Virus record (IMG/VR): IMGVR_UViG_3300049228_000074
Span: 1-42,932 of that record
Direction: 5' to 3' (one strand)
Origin: a virus
Lineage: Duplodnaviria > Caudoviricetes
Length of the DNA stretch: 42,932 bases
Shown: positions 19,021 through 27,346 of the stretch, piece after piece
Layout of the letters: every line of letters begins with the position of its first letter
How positions within the stretch are numbered: the first letter of the stretch is position 1
Notes under the pieces: generated by a model
Told to the model about the DNA's origin: nothing
Database searches by the model: none
What the model saw: only the letters and a program-made list of their open reading frames with translations
Translations under genes and position numbers: made by a program

Positions 19021-19063
19021 ATAGTGCCAACAAACCCAAGCTCTGGAAACCACTAGTGGGGGG
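19021..19063 (-). promoter_or_regulatory. Late promoter P4 (box overlaps the portal stop codon)
   Basis: CCCCCCACTAGTGG-TTTCCA-17 bp-CACTAT. Confidence 0.7.
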
Positions 19064-21305
19064 AAGGCGCAAGAATGTTGTCCGAAGGCCGTCCGGTTTC
19101 AATGCCCGTCATGCTACCTGCCTGCTGTGGAACGGGTGGTAATTGAGGGCTGGTATTGGCAGGCACGACCACTGGCGGCACCTGGATTTCCGGCTGCGGA
19201 AAGTTCGGGTCTTGCCCCGCCGGCATGGGCGCCCGATACCCAGCGCCTTGCATCACAACGTCGGCAATCGGGGCCACTTGTGGCATTTGGGCGATCACCT
19301 GGGCCGCCTGCATGGCGGCAAACGACGACTGCACGCCGTTCTTTACCGTCTCGCTGACCAGTTTTTCAATCTCCGACATCAACTTGACCGGGTTGTACTT
19401 CAGGTCCAGCTCGCGGGCGCGCAAGTCGTGGTCGCTGCGCTCCAGGGCCATCTTCACAGCCTCGTCGATGCGGGCCTGAATCTGCTTGGGTGAACTGTTC
19501 TGGCTGGCGTTTTTAATGTCTTCCAGCAATTTGTCTCGGTTGGGAACGTCCATCAGGCTCAACAAATGCGGCAAGGCCGCCACCTGGAACTCCTGCGGCA
19601 TTGCCTTGAAGGCTTCCGACATCGCCGCCAACTGCTGAGTGCGGAAACTTGGCGTGCTCGGAACGTCGTTCATGGCCACCTTGAGGCGGATGCGATCCAC
19701 GTCATTGCTGAGGTACTGAACATTGGTTTCCGGATCAACCACCGGCACATTCAGGCGGATTTCCTTGTCATCGCGCATGGCATCGCCCTTCACCACAACC
19801 TTTTCCTCCTTGCCAATCATGTCTTCGATGATCAGCGACAACAACAACTCGCCCACCTTAGTCCTGCCAAACTTGAAGTTGTCCATCAGTGTTGCCAAGC
19901 TTTGCGTGGACTGCTCAATCTGCGTGGATTCCTGCACGCCAGAGGTTGCCGTTCCTGCCTGGCCACGGAAACCAGCCGAAATGCCACTGGCCCGGTCAAT
20001 GCCGAGACGGGAGTCGTTCAACATTTTGTACTGCTGCTCATTCAACTGGAAGTCGCGCTCAACCTTGAACACGGCGCCAGCCTTGGCCATGTGCTCTTGG
20101 TTGAGGATGATGTCAGCGTCTACCCTTGCCGACTGCTGGCGGAAAATCTCGTCCGAGTACGACACAGCGCCTTTGGTGCGAATGGTTCGGGTCGCAGACA
20201 GGCCCCAGCGAATCTTGCTTATGGCGCTGTTCACACTGTCTTGCAGGTACATCATGCCCTTGACGCGGCCATAGGGCACGCCGGTCCGGTCTTCCCGTCC
20301 GCCGCAAAATTGCACGTAGGGGAAATCGCTGTGCCGGTACGGCGTGGGGCCGTCATAGAGTTTGTGTGGCCCAAGCCACCAAGCGACGTACATCCGTGCC
20401 ACGACGGCTTTTTGCGGTCTCACGTAGCCTTGGGCGACGGCGATCACATGGCTCGCCAGCTTGGCGTTGTATTCCACAATGCGGCCGTTCGGCAATTTGA
20501 TGACCGTAACCGCCTCCCAGCGCCGATACCACGTCTCAAACAGGCGCACGCGATTGGATTCCGTGTTCAGCCACTCCTGCTCCTCGATGCTCCAACCGGT
20601 CTCAGCCTCCCACGCATTGCGCAGGCCGGTGGACGTGCCGCCGTCGGTCGTTGGCTCGTATTCGCCCTTCCAGCGGCCCAAGGCGCGATCAATCAGGTCT
20701 TTGTGCTTCGGGAAACGCAGCGCGACTTGTGCTGCATCGCTCCAGCGGCTGCGCACCAGCCAGCGCGCTTTGGGCAGGCCGGGCTCCCGGTCCAGCATGT
20801 CCCACCAGATTTCGTTGCGATGCACGCCCGTGCAGCGATAGGGGAATTTGAACGGGTCCGACTCGCGCGAAACCTCTACCCAGCCGATGCCAACAGCGCA
20901 TTGAGGCAGGAATGCTTCGCTGCAAGCCTTGTCGGCACCTGATTTGCGTTCGGCCTGATTCAGCTTGAAGTTCAGGGCCTCGGCCACTTCGTCGCCGTCT
21001 TGGTCAATGTCGGCATCGGGCGTGATGCGCCAGTCTGTGCGGGTTTTGGCCTCCAGGCCGGTAACAGCCTCAATGGCTGGGCCAATCAAAGGCTCGATGG
21101 CCGGAGGAATGCCAAGGGCCTGCTGCTTGCGAAGGATATCCGAATCAAGCTGGTTGCCGTCAACATAGTCCATTTCGCGGTCGGCGCGGCTTCGCCAAAG
21201 CGGTTGGTTCTGGATTTCCCGGAAGATGTTGGTAAATTCCGTCAGCGACATGCCGCCATTGGCATTGGCTTCAGTCTTTGTTTCTGGGCTGATTGAGTTG
21301 ATCAT
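19053..21305 (-). CDS. Portal protein (P22/N4-like large portal)
   Basis: 750 aa after terL; DYVDGNQ, LIGPAIEAVTGLE, FPYV..., PYGRV..M..LQD..N motifs. Confidence 0.88.
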   Translation of the reverse strand: MINSISPETKTEANANGGMSLTEFTNIFREIQNQPLWRSRADREMDYVDGNQLDSDILRKQQALGIPPAIEPLIGPAIEAVTGLEAKTRTDWRITPDADIDQDGDEVAEALNFKLNQAERKSGADKACSEAFLPQCAVGIGWVEVSRESDPFKFPYRCTGVHRNEIWWDMLDREPGLPKARWLVRSRWSDAAQVALRFPKHKDLIDRALGRWKGEYEPTTDGGTSTGLRNAWEAETGWSIEEQEWLNTESNRVRLFETWYRRWEAVTVIKLPNGRIVEYNAKLASHVIAVAQGYVRPQKAVVARMYVAWWLGPHKLYDGPTPYRHSDFPYVQFCGGREDRTGVPYGRVKGMMYLQDSVNSAISKIRWGLSATRTIRTKGAVSYSDEIFRQQSARVDADIILNQEHMAKAGAVFKVERDFQLNEQQYKMLNDSRLGIDRASGISAGFRGQAGTATSGVQESTQIEQSTQSLATLMDNFKFGRTKVGELLLSLIIEDMIGKEEKVVVKGDAMRDDKEIRLNVPVVDPETNVQYLSNDVDRIRLKVAMNDVPSTPSFRTQQLAAMSEAFKAMPQEFQVAALPHLLSLMDVPNRDKLLEDIKNASQNSSPKQIQARIDEAVKMALERSDHDLRARELDLKYNPVKLMSEIEKLVSETVKNGVQSSFAAMQAAQVIAQMPQVAPIADVVMQGAGYRAPMPAGQDPNFPQPEIQVPPVVVPANTSPQLPPVPQQAGSMTGIETGRPSDNILAPSPH

Positions 21306-21312
21306 GGTGGTC

Positions 21313-22872
21313 CTACAGTCGCCAATCGGGCGGTGGTGGCGGCTTCGCGTTACTCGTTGTTTCGGCCAGGGTGATCATTCCACCCTCTTTGGCCTGTGCG
21401 TACTGCCGTAAGGCATCAGCGCCCTCGCTGCATCCGTTGGACTTATCGGGCTCGTCCAGAAACCTCTGGTCGGTCTGGCTGAAGCGTTTCTTGTAGCCGT
21501 CCAAACGCTGTATCAGTTGTGCGCAGCCGGTCCGGTCGAAAAAAACAGCCTTCAGGCACTTGCGGACCTGTTCGATGCCGGTGATCAACTGGGTTATGAC
21601 GGGCACGATCACCGTCCCGGTCACGCCGAGATCGTTGAGCATTTCCTCGGTTGACTTGTTGGTGTCCGAGAGGCGGCGGTGGGCGGCGTCATGCGGCAGG
21701 AAGTGTTTGTTGTAGATGTAGGGCTTGTCCTTGAGGGTCTTGACATAGGTGGCCAGCGTCTTGTTTCGGTCTTCGTAATAGTCAATGAAGCGGTCTTCTC
21801 CATTGAGCTCCTGGTGGAACACAATCGCGCAACCATCCCGGCGCCCGATGTCCCAAAACGTGTTCACGGGCACGTCCAGCACGGGCACGTCGCGGATGCC
21901 GTTGCGAATGCGCAGCGCCAGCATGTCCTTGGCGTAATAATGCCCCTCCGCAGAGACCTGGAAAGCCTCCTCGGGCGTGCTAGGGTACTCCTGCCACATC
22001 TTCGGGCCTTTGCCGCTGAATGTGGTGTCACGGGTCTTGACGTACCAAGCCCGCTGATCGGGATCAATCCGGCAGTTGCATTCAAACTGGATTTTGTCGA
22101 AATACTTGTGGTCGTCGTCGCCGATGTGAATGTCCGAGCTGTCCATGCGGTAGCCGTCATGCTGCCACCATGCGGTGAAGTGCAGCCTGTAATCCTTGAT
22201 GGTAAGTTTCAGACGACCTGCAGCGTGCTTTTGGGCGGCCTCCACCATGTCGAAGAACTCACCCTCCCGGCCTTCGGCAGTCGATTCGATCACCACAATT
22301 CCGTTGTCAGGCACCGATGGGATCGACCCGGTGATGACCTCATTGGCCTTTATAGGGTAAATGGCGCATATCTTGCCGAACTCGGAGACGTGGAGCCGGT
22401 CATTGGTGCCAGAGCGCATTGAGGTAGCCACGCGCACGCTGCTGTTGTTGTGGGCGAACAGCAGCTCGTCCGCGGCATCCTTTGCCAGCGGGAACCGCAG
22501 CTTGATTTCGGCCGGCAGGTTATCGTAGGCAAATTTCACCTTGTCGCGGAATATCACCTTGGCCGCGCCCTCGTCCTGGGCAACGATGCCGCAGCGCTGG
22601 TTGGGCACAAACAAGGCATGGTCCAGCCAAAGGATGCAAAACAAGGTGGTGGCGCCCACTTGGCGGGCTTTGAGCACCAGATTGCGGTTCCAAATCCGAG
22701 ACATCAGCCGCTTTTGGGCCTTGTTCATCCGGAAAAGCATTTTTTTGTCAGCGCCCAACTCATCGCCGGTCGTCTTGACCAAAATGTAGTAGAGGTTTTC
22801 CAGCCGCCAGTTAGGGTCGGCCAGGCACTCTTCCAGATGTTCCGGGCTTGCCGGAATGGCCGTGGTCATCAT
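21313..22872 (-). CDS. terL: Terminase large subunit
   Basis: LKARQVGATT (Walker A), LHVSEFG (Walker B), ESTA, QEYP, WDIG RNase H-like domain, ADALR. Confidence 0.92.
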   Translation of the reverse strand: MMTTAIPASPEHLEECLADPNWRLENLYYILVKTTGDELGADKKMLFRMNKAQKRLMSRIWNRNLVLKARQVGATTLFCILWLDHALFVPNQRCGIVAQDEGAAKVIFRDKVKFAYDNLPAEIKLRFPLAKDAADELLFAHNNSSVRVATSMRSGTNDRLHVSEFGKICAIYPIKANEVITGSIPSVPDNGIVVIESTAEGREGEFFDMVEAAQKHAAGRLKLTIKDYRLHFTAWWQHDGYRMDSSDIHIGDDDHKYFDKIQFECNCRIDPDQRAWYVKTRDTTFSGKGPKMWQEYPSTPEEAFQVSAEGHYYAKDMLALRIRNGIRDVPVLDVPVNTFWDIGRRDGCAIVFHQELNGEDRFIDYYEDRNKTLATYVKTLKDKPYIYNKHFLPHDAAHRRLSDTNKSTEEMLNDLGVTGTVIVPVITQLITGIEQVRKCLKAVFFDRTGCAQLIQRLDGYKKRFSQTDQRFLDEPDKSNGCSEGADALRQYAQAKEGGMITLAETTSNAKPPPPPDWRL

Positions 22873-23552
22873 GGCTGCAGGTCGATGTCATCAGCGACTG
22901 GTGTAATCGTCCGCGCGGTTCCTTGCAGTCGTGTCAGCAGCGCTTTCATCGCGTCTTCAGGGCCTTCTTCCGCGACATTGATGCCAAATGCCTCTCGCTC
23001 CAGTCCAATCAGCGTTTTCAGCGTGTCCGACAGGTCTTTCATGGTCTTCGTACGCCCTGGAAGACTGATGATCTTGTGGTACAGCTCGTTGAGCTTGTCG
23101 ATTCCTTTACCGTCTGGCTTGAGCATCAACTCGCCCAACTGCTCCAGTTCAGGCACTTGCCGGGTCTGTGAGTCCAACTCGTCCAGAAGCCGCATGGCCA
23201 ATGTCCTGGACTTGCCGATGTCGGCCCGGTGACTCAGCCGGATGCGCGACTGAACCGTTGATTCGACCTCGACGGTCAACGCCTCGGTTAGTTTCTTGGC
23301 TGCGCTAACTTCGGCGCTAACCATCGCGGCGCTAACCTTGGCGTCGGCCTTTGCCTGAATCTTGCCTTTTAGATCGCGGGTCCATTTTTCGTTTTTGGCA
23401 TGCTTGATGATGGCGGCGTCAGAGACATCAAACTGTTTGCCAATGTCTTTCAGTGCGCGAATGCCAGCGCGGTAGTGTGGGGCAATTGCGTCCCAATCCA
23501 CGCGCTTTCTTGGGTTGGCTTTATTTGATTGGTTAGCGTTTTCGCTGGTCAT
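22869..23552 (-). CDS. terS: Terminase small subunit
   Basis: N-terminal HTH (DWDAIAPHYRAG...IGKQFDVSDAAIIKHAK..KWTRD), directly upstream of terL; start moved to ATG 23552 after P5. Confidence 0.8.
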   Translation of the reverse strand: MTSENANQSNKANPRKRVDWDAIAPHYRAGIRALKDIGKQFDVSDAAIIKHAKNEKWTRDLKGKIQAKADAKVSAAMVSAEVSAAKKLTEALTVEVESTVQSRIRLSHRADIGKSRTLAMRLLDELDSQTRQVPELEQLGELMLKPDGKGIDKLNELYHKIISLPGRTKTMKDLSDTLKTLIGLEREAFGINVAEEGPEDAMKALLTRLQGTARTITPVADDIDLQP

Positions 23553-23560
23553 GGTGGCCA

Positions 23561-23603
23561 ATAGTGCCCACTCCCGAGTGTTTGGTCTAACCCTACTGGG
23601 GGG
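23561..23603 (-). promoter_or_regulatory. Late promoter P5 (terS)
   Basis: CCCCCCAGTAGGGT-TAGACC-17 bp-CACTAT. Confidence 0.7.
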
Positions 23604-23724
23604 TGTTCTGGGGGCCGTCGCCACTGATCTCGGCCAGCAGGCTGGTTTAATTGCCGTTGAACGCTACCCAGTCAGCCCAGTACGCGCAAACCCCTCGGCC
23701 TTCGCCACAGCCTGATGTCGGGGA

Positions 23725-24078
23725 TCATCCCCCCATCCTGAAGGCCAAAATCGACCCCGCCAGCATCTTGGCCAGCGCGAATGTTTCCCTGGGGTTCAAC
23801 GTCAGAATTTCGTCGCCAGCCTCGATTTTCATTTTTCCTTGTGGGAGCATCGTAGCCGACACAATTCGGTCCGGCGACTGATCCACGGGCAGGTAAAAAC
23901 CCGGATGCAACATCGTTATCAATTCGTCATTTTTGAGACTCCTGACCGCCTCGTCAACAGAGTTCATGTCCAGACCGGTCATCGACTTGATCTGCACGCG
24001 GCTTGCGGCATCTTTGTGCTCGCACAGCACGGTGATCGCGGCCATGACTTGCTCGCGGTAGGATTTTGGCTCGCTCAT
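23725..24078 (-). CDS. Winged-helix DNA-binding protein, candidate late activator
   Basis: wHTH-like SRVQIKSMTGLDMNSVDEAVRSLKNDELI...GFYLP; strong SD AAAGGAG; last gene before the late operon. Confidence 0.55.
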   Translation of the reverse strand: MSEPKSYREQVMAAITVLCEHKDAASRVQIKSMTGLDMNSVDEAVRSLKNDELITMLHPGFYLPVDQSPDRIVSATMLPQGKMKIEAGDEILTLNPRETFALAKMLAGSILAFRMGG

Positions 24079-24164
24079 ATAGATGATCTCCTTTCAGATA
24101 TCGTTACAATCGGTTTCTCAGGTTCGATTGCTTGGGATAGGCTGCTTCGGTGGCCTTTCTCTTT

Positions 24165-24476
24165 TCAGTCTCTCCTCTTCCCAAAGGCCCCGCCGATCAC
24201 ATCGGTCATGCCAAAGGCCTCCTTGGCACGAAAAATGGCGATGGTGTCAATCACGCAGGTCTTTCCGATCTCTTCGTGAACGGTCTGTTCAAAGTCTTTG
24301 TCGCGCACGGTGCAAGTGAGGGTGTTGCCAGGCACGCAATTCATGGTTTGAGTCAATGGGTAGGTTTTGTAGATAAACGCTTGGTTTTCGATCATCTCTT
24401 CTGGGTGCGGGCTGCAATTGGTTGCTTCGACGGTCTTGAAGAAGCGACTCAGGAATGCTTGGATTTGGTTTTTCAT
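24165..24476 (-). CDS. Hypothetical protein
   Basis: 103 aa; ATGA overlap with the upstream gene. Confidence 0.55.
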   Translation of the reverse strand: MKNQIQAFLSRFFKTVEATNCSPHPEEMIENQAFIYKTYPLTQTMNCVPGNTLTCTVRDKDFEQTVHEEIGKTCVIDTIAIFRAKEAFGMTDVIGGAFGKRRD

Positions 24477-24765
24477 TTCATGAGCCTTTCAATGGTATCT
24501 GCCAGTACATCAATTTCTCCCACTTGGGCTAACTTCCAGGCCCGTCGTTGCCCGTGGATGCCGTCCGGGCTGCTGTTGGCATGGTGGTTGTCGCAGAGTG
24601 GCACAACCCGAGCCAGTTCGAGGCTCGCTGGGCCATTCCCTGCCCTTCTCGGATGTGGTGCACCTGGGCGGGTGTTGGGCCATGCCCGAGATGACGGCAC
24701 AGGTAACACCCAAGGGCAGCCACGCGGCCCATGTAGGTTTTTTCGGCGCTGGGGGTAGATTTCAT
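24473..24765 (-). pseudogene. Ref-like HNH/zinc nuclease, frameshifted
   Basis: One frame gives GCYLC...AQVHHIREGQGMAQRASNWL; another continues VVPLCDNHH...GIHG; break near 24608-24610. Confidence 0.7.
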
Positions 24766-25103
24766 GTGCCCCCAGCGACTGGAATGGCTTTTTTACACGG
24801 CCAAGGCGGAACAGGCTGCCAAAACGTTGCAATCCCCTCGCGTATCAGCGGTTTCGGCGGCACGCGCCTCGGCTGCTTGGTCGCCTCTTTGGGCGGCGGG
24901 GCAACGGCAAACAATGCCGCACCGCCTGATTGCTTCATTTCCACGGCCAATCCGTAGCTACAGGCACGTTTCAGGTTGTTGCTCAGGTTCGCTGATTCGC
25001 CCGCAGTGACGTGCGGGCGCAATTCCTTGCAACCGCAAGGGCTGTGGATTTTTAGCAGCTCCACGATGCGCAATACTGCCGGGCCGGGGCCTTTTTGCGT
25101 CAT
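24762..25103 (-). CDS. Hypothetical protein, possible HTH
   Basis: 113 aa, ATGA overlaps at both ends. Confidence 0.5.
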   Translation of the reverse strand: MTQKGPGPAVLRIVELLKIHSPCGCKELRPHVTAGESANLSNNLKRACSYGLAVEMKQSGGAALFAVAPPPKEATKQPRRVPPKPLIREGIATFWQPVPPWPCKKAIPVAGGT

Positions 25104-25348
25104 TCGAGCTCCCAGTCAGTTGCAGCCACATCGTCCGCGCTGCACTCAATCGGCACTTGGCTGTGTGTTCCAACCAGCATGAAAACGGGCTGGCAACGCA
25201 AGTCGAATCCGGCCAGGGCCTTCACCCCTTCCCGGCCCATCCAGCGCACGTCGCCGGTCAATTCGTCCATCTTCTCGTTGCGACGCTCGGATTCACGGAC
25301 TACGTGAAAACCCTTATGCATTTGCTCTGTTGCCCAATCCCAGTTCAT
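25100..25348 (-). CDS. DUF2829/Tad2-like small protein
   Basis: 82 aa; MNWDWATEQMHKGFHVVR at the N-terminus and SADDVAATDWELE at the C-terminus match the family end signatures. Confidence 0.5.
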   Translation of the reverse strand: MNWDWATEQMHKGFHVVRESERRNEKMDELTGDVRWMGREGVKALAGFDLRCQPVFMLVGTHSQVPIECSADDVAATDWELE

Positions 25349-25824
25349 CGGAGTTCCCCGGTTTGCATGTCCACGTCGTAGCCGTTCCAGTGCTCCCATT
25401 GGCGCTCGGTGAATTGCACCCCCAAATCATTGGTCGCAAAGGCTATCACTTTATCGAGGTAGGTGCTCATCTTTTTGATGCTCAAGCCGGTGGTGCTGGC
25501 GATCTTGACGGATACAACCGGGCGCTTTTTGCCAGCCACTTTGCATTTTGTCACTTGTCGGGGCAAAAAAGTGCGCTTGAACAGTTCATGCCATGCGTCT
25601 TGGCTCCATTTTTGGCCCTCAATGCTGGCCTGGGCGGCGATATCTCCCAGCACCGGGCCTCGGTAGAAGCGGTGTTGCTTGATCGTACGCTCGTCTTCGA
25701 CTTCCTTCACCGTCACCAGCAGGCGTTTTCCAGCCGTCATCAAGGCCTTGGCTTCTGGCCATACCTTGGCTTTGAGGCTTGCGTGGGCCTGTTGGGGGTT
25801 GCTCCAGATGGCGGTGTAGGTCAT
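25345..25824 (-). CDS. ninB: NinB/Orf-like recombination protein
   Basis: RTIKQHRFY...L.DIA.Q...WHELFK...STT.LS...MS.YLD.V.AF...GV. Confidence 0.75.
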   Translation of the reverse strand: MTYTAIWSNPQQAHASLKAKVWPEAKALMTAGKRLLVTVKEVEDERTIKQHRFYRGPVLGDIAAQASIEGQKWSQDAWHELFKRTFLPRQVTKCKVAGKKRPVVSVKIASTTGLSIKKMSTYLDKVIAFATNDLGVQFTERQWEHWNGYDVDMQTGELR

Positions 25825-26000
25825 TCGACGGCCATCCTTGCCAGCCAGCGCCTGAACGGCTCCAGCACTTTCTCGACCCGTGGTGTTGGCTTCCACACAA
25901 AGGGCTCAGGTTTCGGCCAGGGGTGATCCGGGGCAAGATCCAGCGCGGGCCAGCCGTCGGGGAAGAAATCCTGCGTTTTTATGTCGTTGGGTTGTTTCAT
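25821..26000 (-). CDS. Small hypothetical protein
   Basis: 59 aa from ATG 26000; ATGA overlaps at both ends. Confidence 0.5.
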   Translation of the reverse strand: MKQPNDIKTQDFFPDGWPALDLAPDHPWPKPEPFVWKPTPRVEKVLEPFRRWLARMAVE

Positions 26001-26379
26001 GCGGCTTCTTTTATCCAAGGCTGAATCGTCTGATCGGGCTTGCGAATGCGCGTGCTGATGCAGCCTATGGGATTCTCAAGAGCAATGCGGGGGATGGGCG
26101 CATCCAGCAGCAACTGGCCAAATTTCAGCGCGTCTTCCGTCTTTTCGGCGCGTCCAGGCACCCGCTTGTTCCAATGCAGGCCAGAGCTTGAAAGGTAGGT
26201 GCATGGCGGGTGGCTAACCATGATGTCCCACCCCCCCCAATGACTTCGCGCACGTCACCCTGGAAGTGCGGCCCGGGCGACTCCGTTGGCAACAGGTCGC
26301 AACTCATGGCCTCATGCCCCTGAGCAATGAAGGCATCCCGGACGCGGCCCGAGTATTCGCAGGCGACAAGCACTCTCAC
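25997..26379 (-). pseudogene. Phage C5-cytosine methyltransferase-like gene, split at a G8 tract and apparently C-terminally truncated
   Basis: MRVLVACEYSG...SCDLLP...QGDV, then after a frameshift WDIMVSHPPCT...ENP...QPW; ends QPWIKEAA*. Confidence 0.7.
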
Positions 26380-26957
26380 GCCACCCCCCGCAGCGCCTTG
26401 GCCTTCGCCGCATACTCGGCCTTGATTGCCCTCAAATCTTCAATCGACCACTTCCGGGGTGTCTGGTCGCTCTCCAAGGCTTCAACTGCTTCCAAGCCAA
26501 TCCGCTCAATCAGCCCCAGCCGATACCCGGCCATGTTGCCGCTGGCGTACCGGTTGCAGTATTTGAGCTGTGCATGAACGTTGCGCTCGTCAAATCTCAG
26601 GTGGGGGGCGCTTCCCCGGCTGCGGAAGTGCCCAGCATCCCATATCCCGCCCGTGGTCTGACTTGAGTCACGGGTGCGGCCACAGCAAATGCAGGGCTTT
26701 CCTGCGTCACGGGCGCGAATGAAGGCATTCAAAGCGGCTTGCGCCTCTGCAATCCACTGCCCCCGCGCCTTCATCTTCTCCAGCTTGGCTTTGGTTTCGC
26801 GCTTGTCTTGCGCTTGGGCGGTCTTCGCAGCTTTCAGTCGAGTTGCGCGGCCCAGTTCGAGAGCGCACGTGGGGCTGCAAACCCGAGCCAATGGGCGGGC
26901 TGGTGTAAACCTGTTTTTGCACACTTTGCAGGTCTTGGGTTTGATGGTTATTTGCAC
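26376..26957 (-). CDS. ninG: NinG/Rap endonuclease
   Basis: KTCKVC...VCSPTC, FIRARD..PCICCG, DAGHFRSRG..PHLRFDERNVH; GTG start at 26957. Confidence 0.88.
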   Translation of the reverse strand: MQITIKPKTCKVCKNRFTPARPLARVCSPTCALELGRATRLKAAKTAQAQDKRETKAKLEKMKARGQWIAEAQAALNAFIRARDAGKPCICCGRTRDSSQTTGGIWDAGHFRSRGSAPHLRFDERNVHAQLKYCNRYASGNMAGYRLGLIERIGLEAVEALESDQTPRKWSIEDLRAIKAEYAAKAKALRGVA

Positions 26958-27118
26958 ACTTCTTCCCTCAATTTCATGGCCTCGGCAACGCCACGCATTA
27001 AGCCCAACCATGGCATTGCCGCTTGGTAGTTTTTCAACGCCTCGCGGGCATAATCTTCATCAAAAGTTTTCATCATCAGAATGTGATTTATGAGTTTGGC
27101 CCTGAATTCCATGAACAT
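26948..27118 (-). CDS. Small hypothetical protein (56 aa, not in the ORF track)
   Basis: MFMEFRAKLINHILMMKTFDEDYAREALKNYQAAMPWLGLMRGVAEAMKLREEVCK*, SD-like AGGGG, overlaps the ninG start. Confidence 0.55.
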   Translation of the reverse strand: MFMEFRAKLINHILMMKTFDEDYAREALKNYQAAMPWLGLMRGVAEAMKLREEVCK

Positions 27119-27346
27119 CCAAATACCCCTGAATCCCTGTTATCGCCTTTGGTGGACGGACCTCGCCTTATCCTTGAGGTCCTTCACGTATCGCCTTCGG
27201 AGCCACACGACCCGCCAGCCTTTTCAGCGCTACAGGTGCTGGCTTCGCCGCCTGTTTCCCCTGCTTCCGCGTCTTCCTCACAGTGGGGATTCGTGCTTCT
27301 GGCCCCTGCTGTTAAAAAGTTCCGACAGGCCAGCACATCGAGGACG
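27119..27346. other. Structured non-coding region, candidate replication origin or primase site
   Basis: Directly after the primase; several hairpins and the direct repeat TATCGCCTT(T/C)GG twice. Confidence 0.4.

Noticed and set aside
475-23603. The repeated box as a CRISPR repeat, integron attC or invertase site
   Set aside because: Copies are 4-7 kb apart, all in one orientation, with no cas or site-specific recombinase gene; the fixed 17-bp spacing to a -10 fits promoters
23604-23724. tRNA or other ncRNA upstream of terS
   Set aside because: Some pairing (AGGCTG/CAGCCT) but no T-loop, D-loop or anticodon arm; too weak to call
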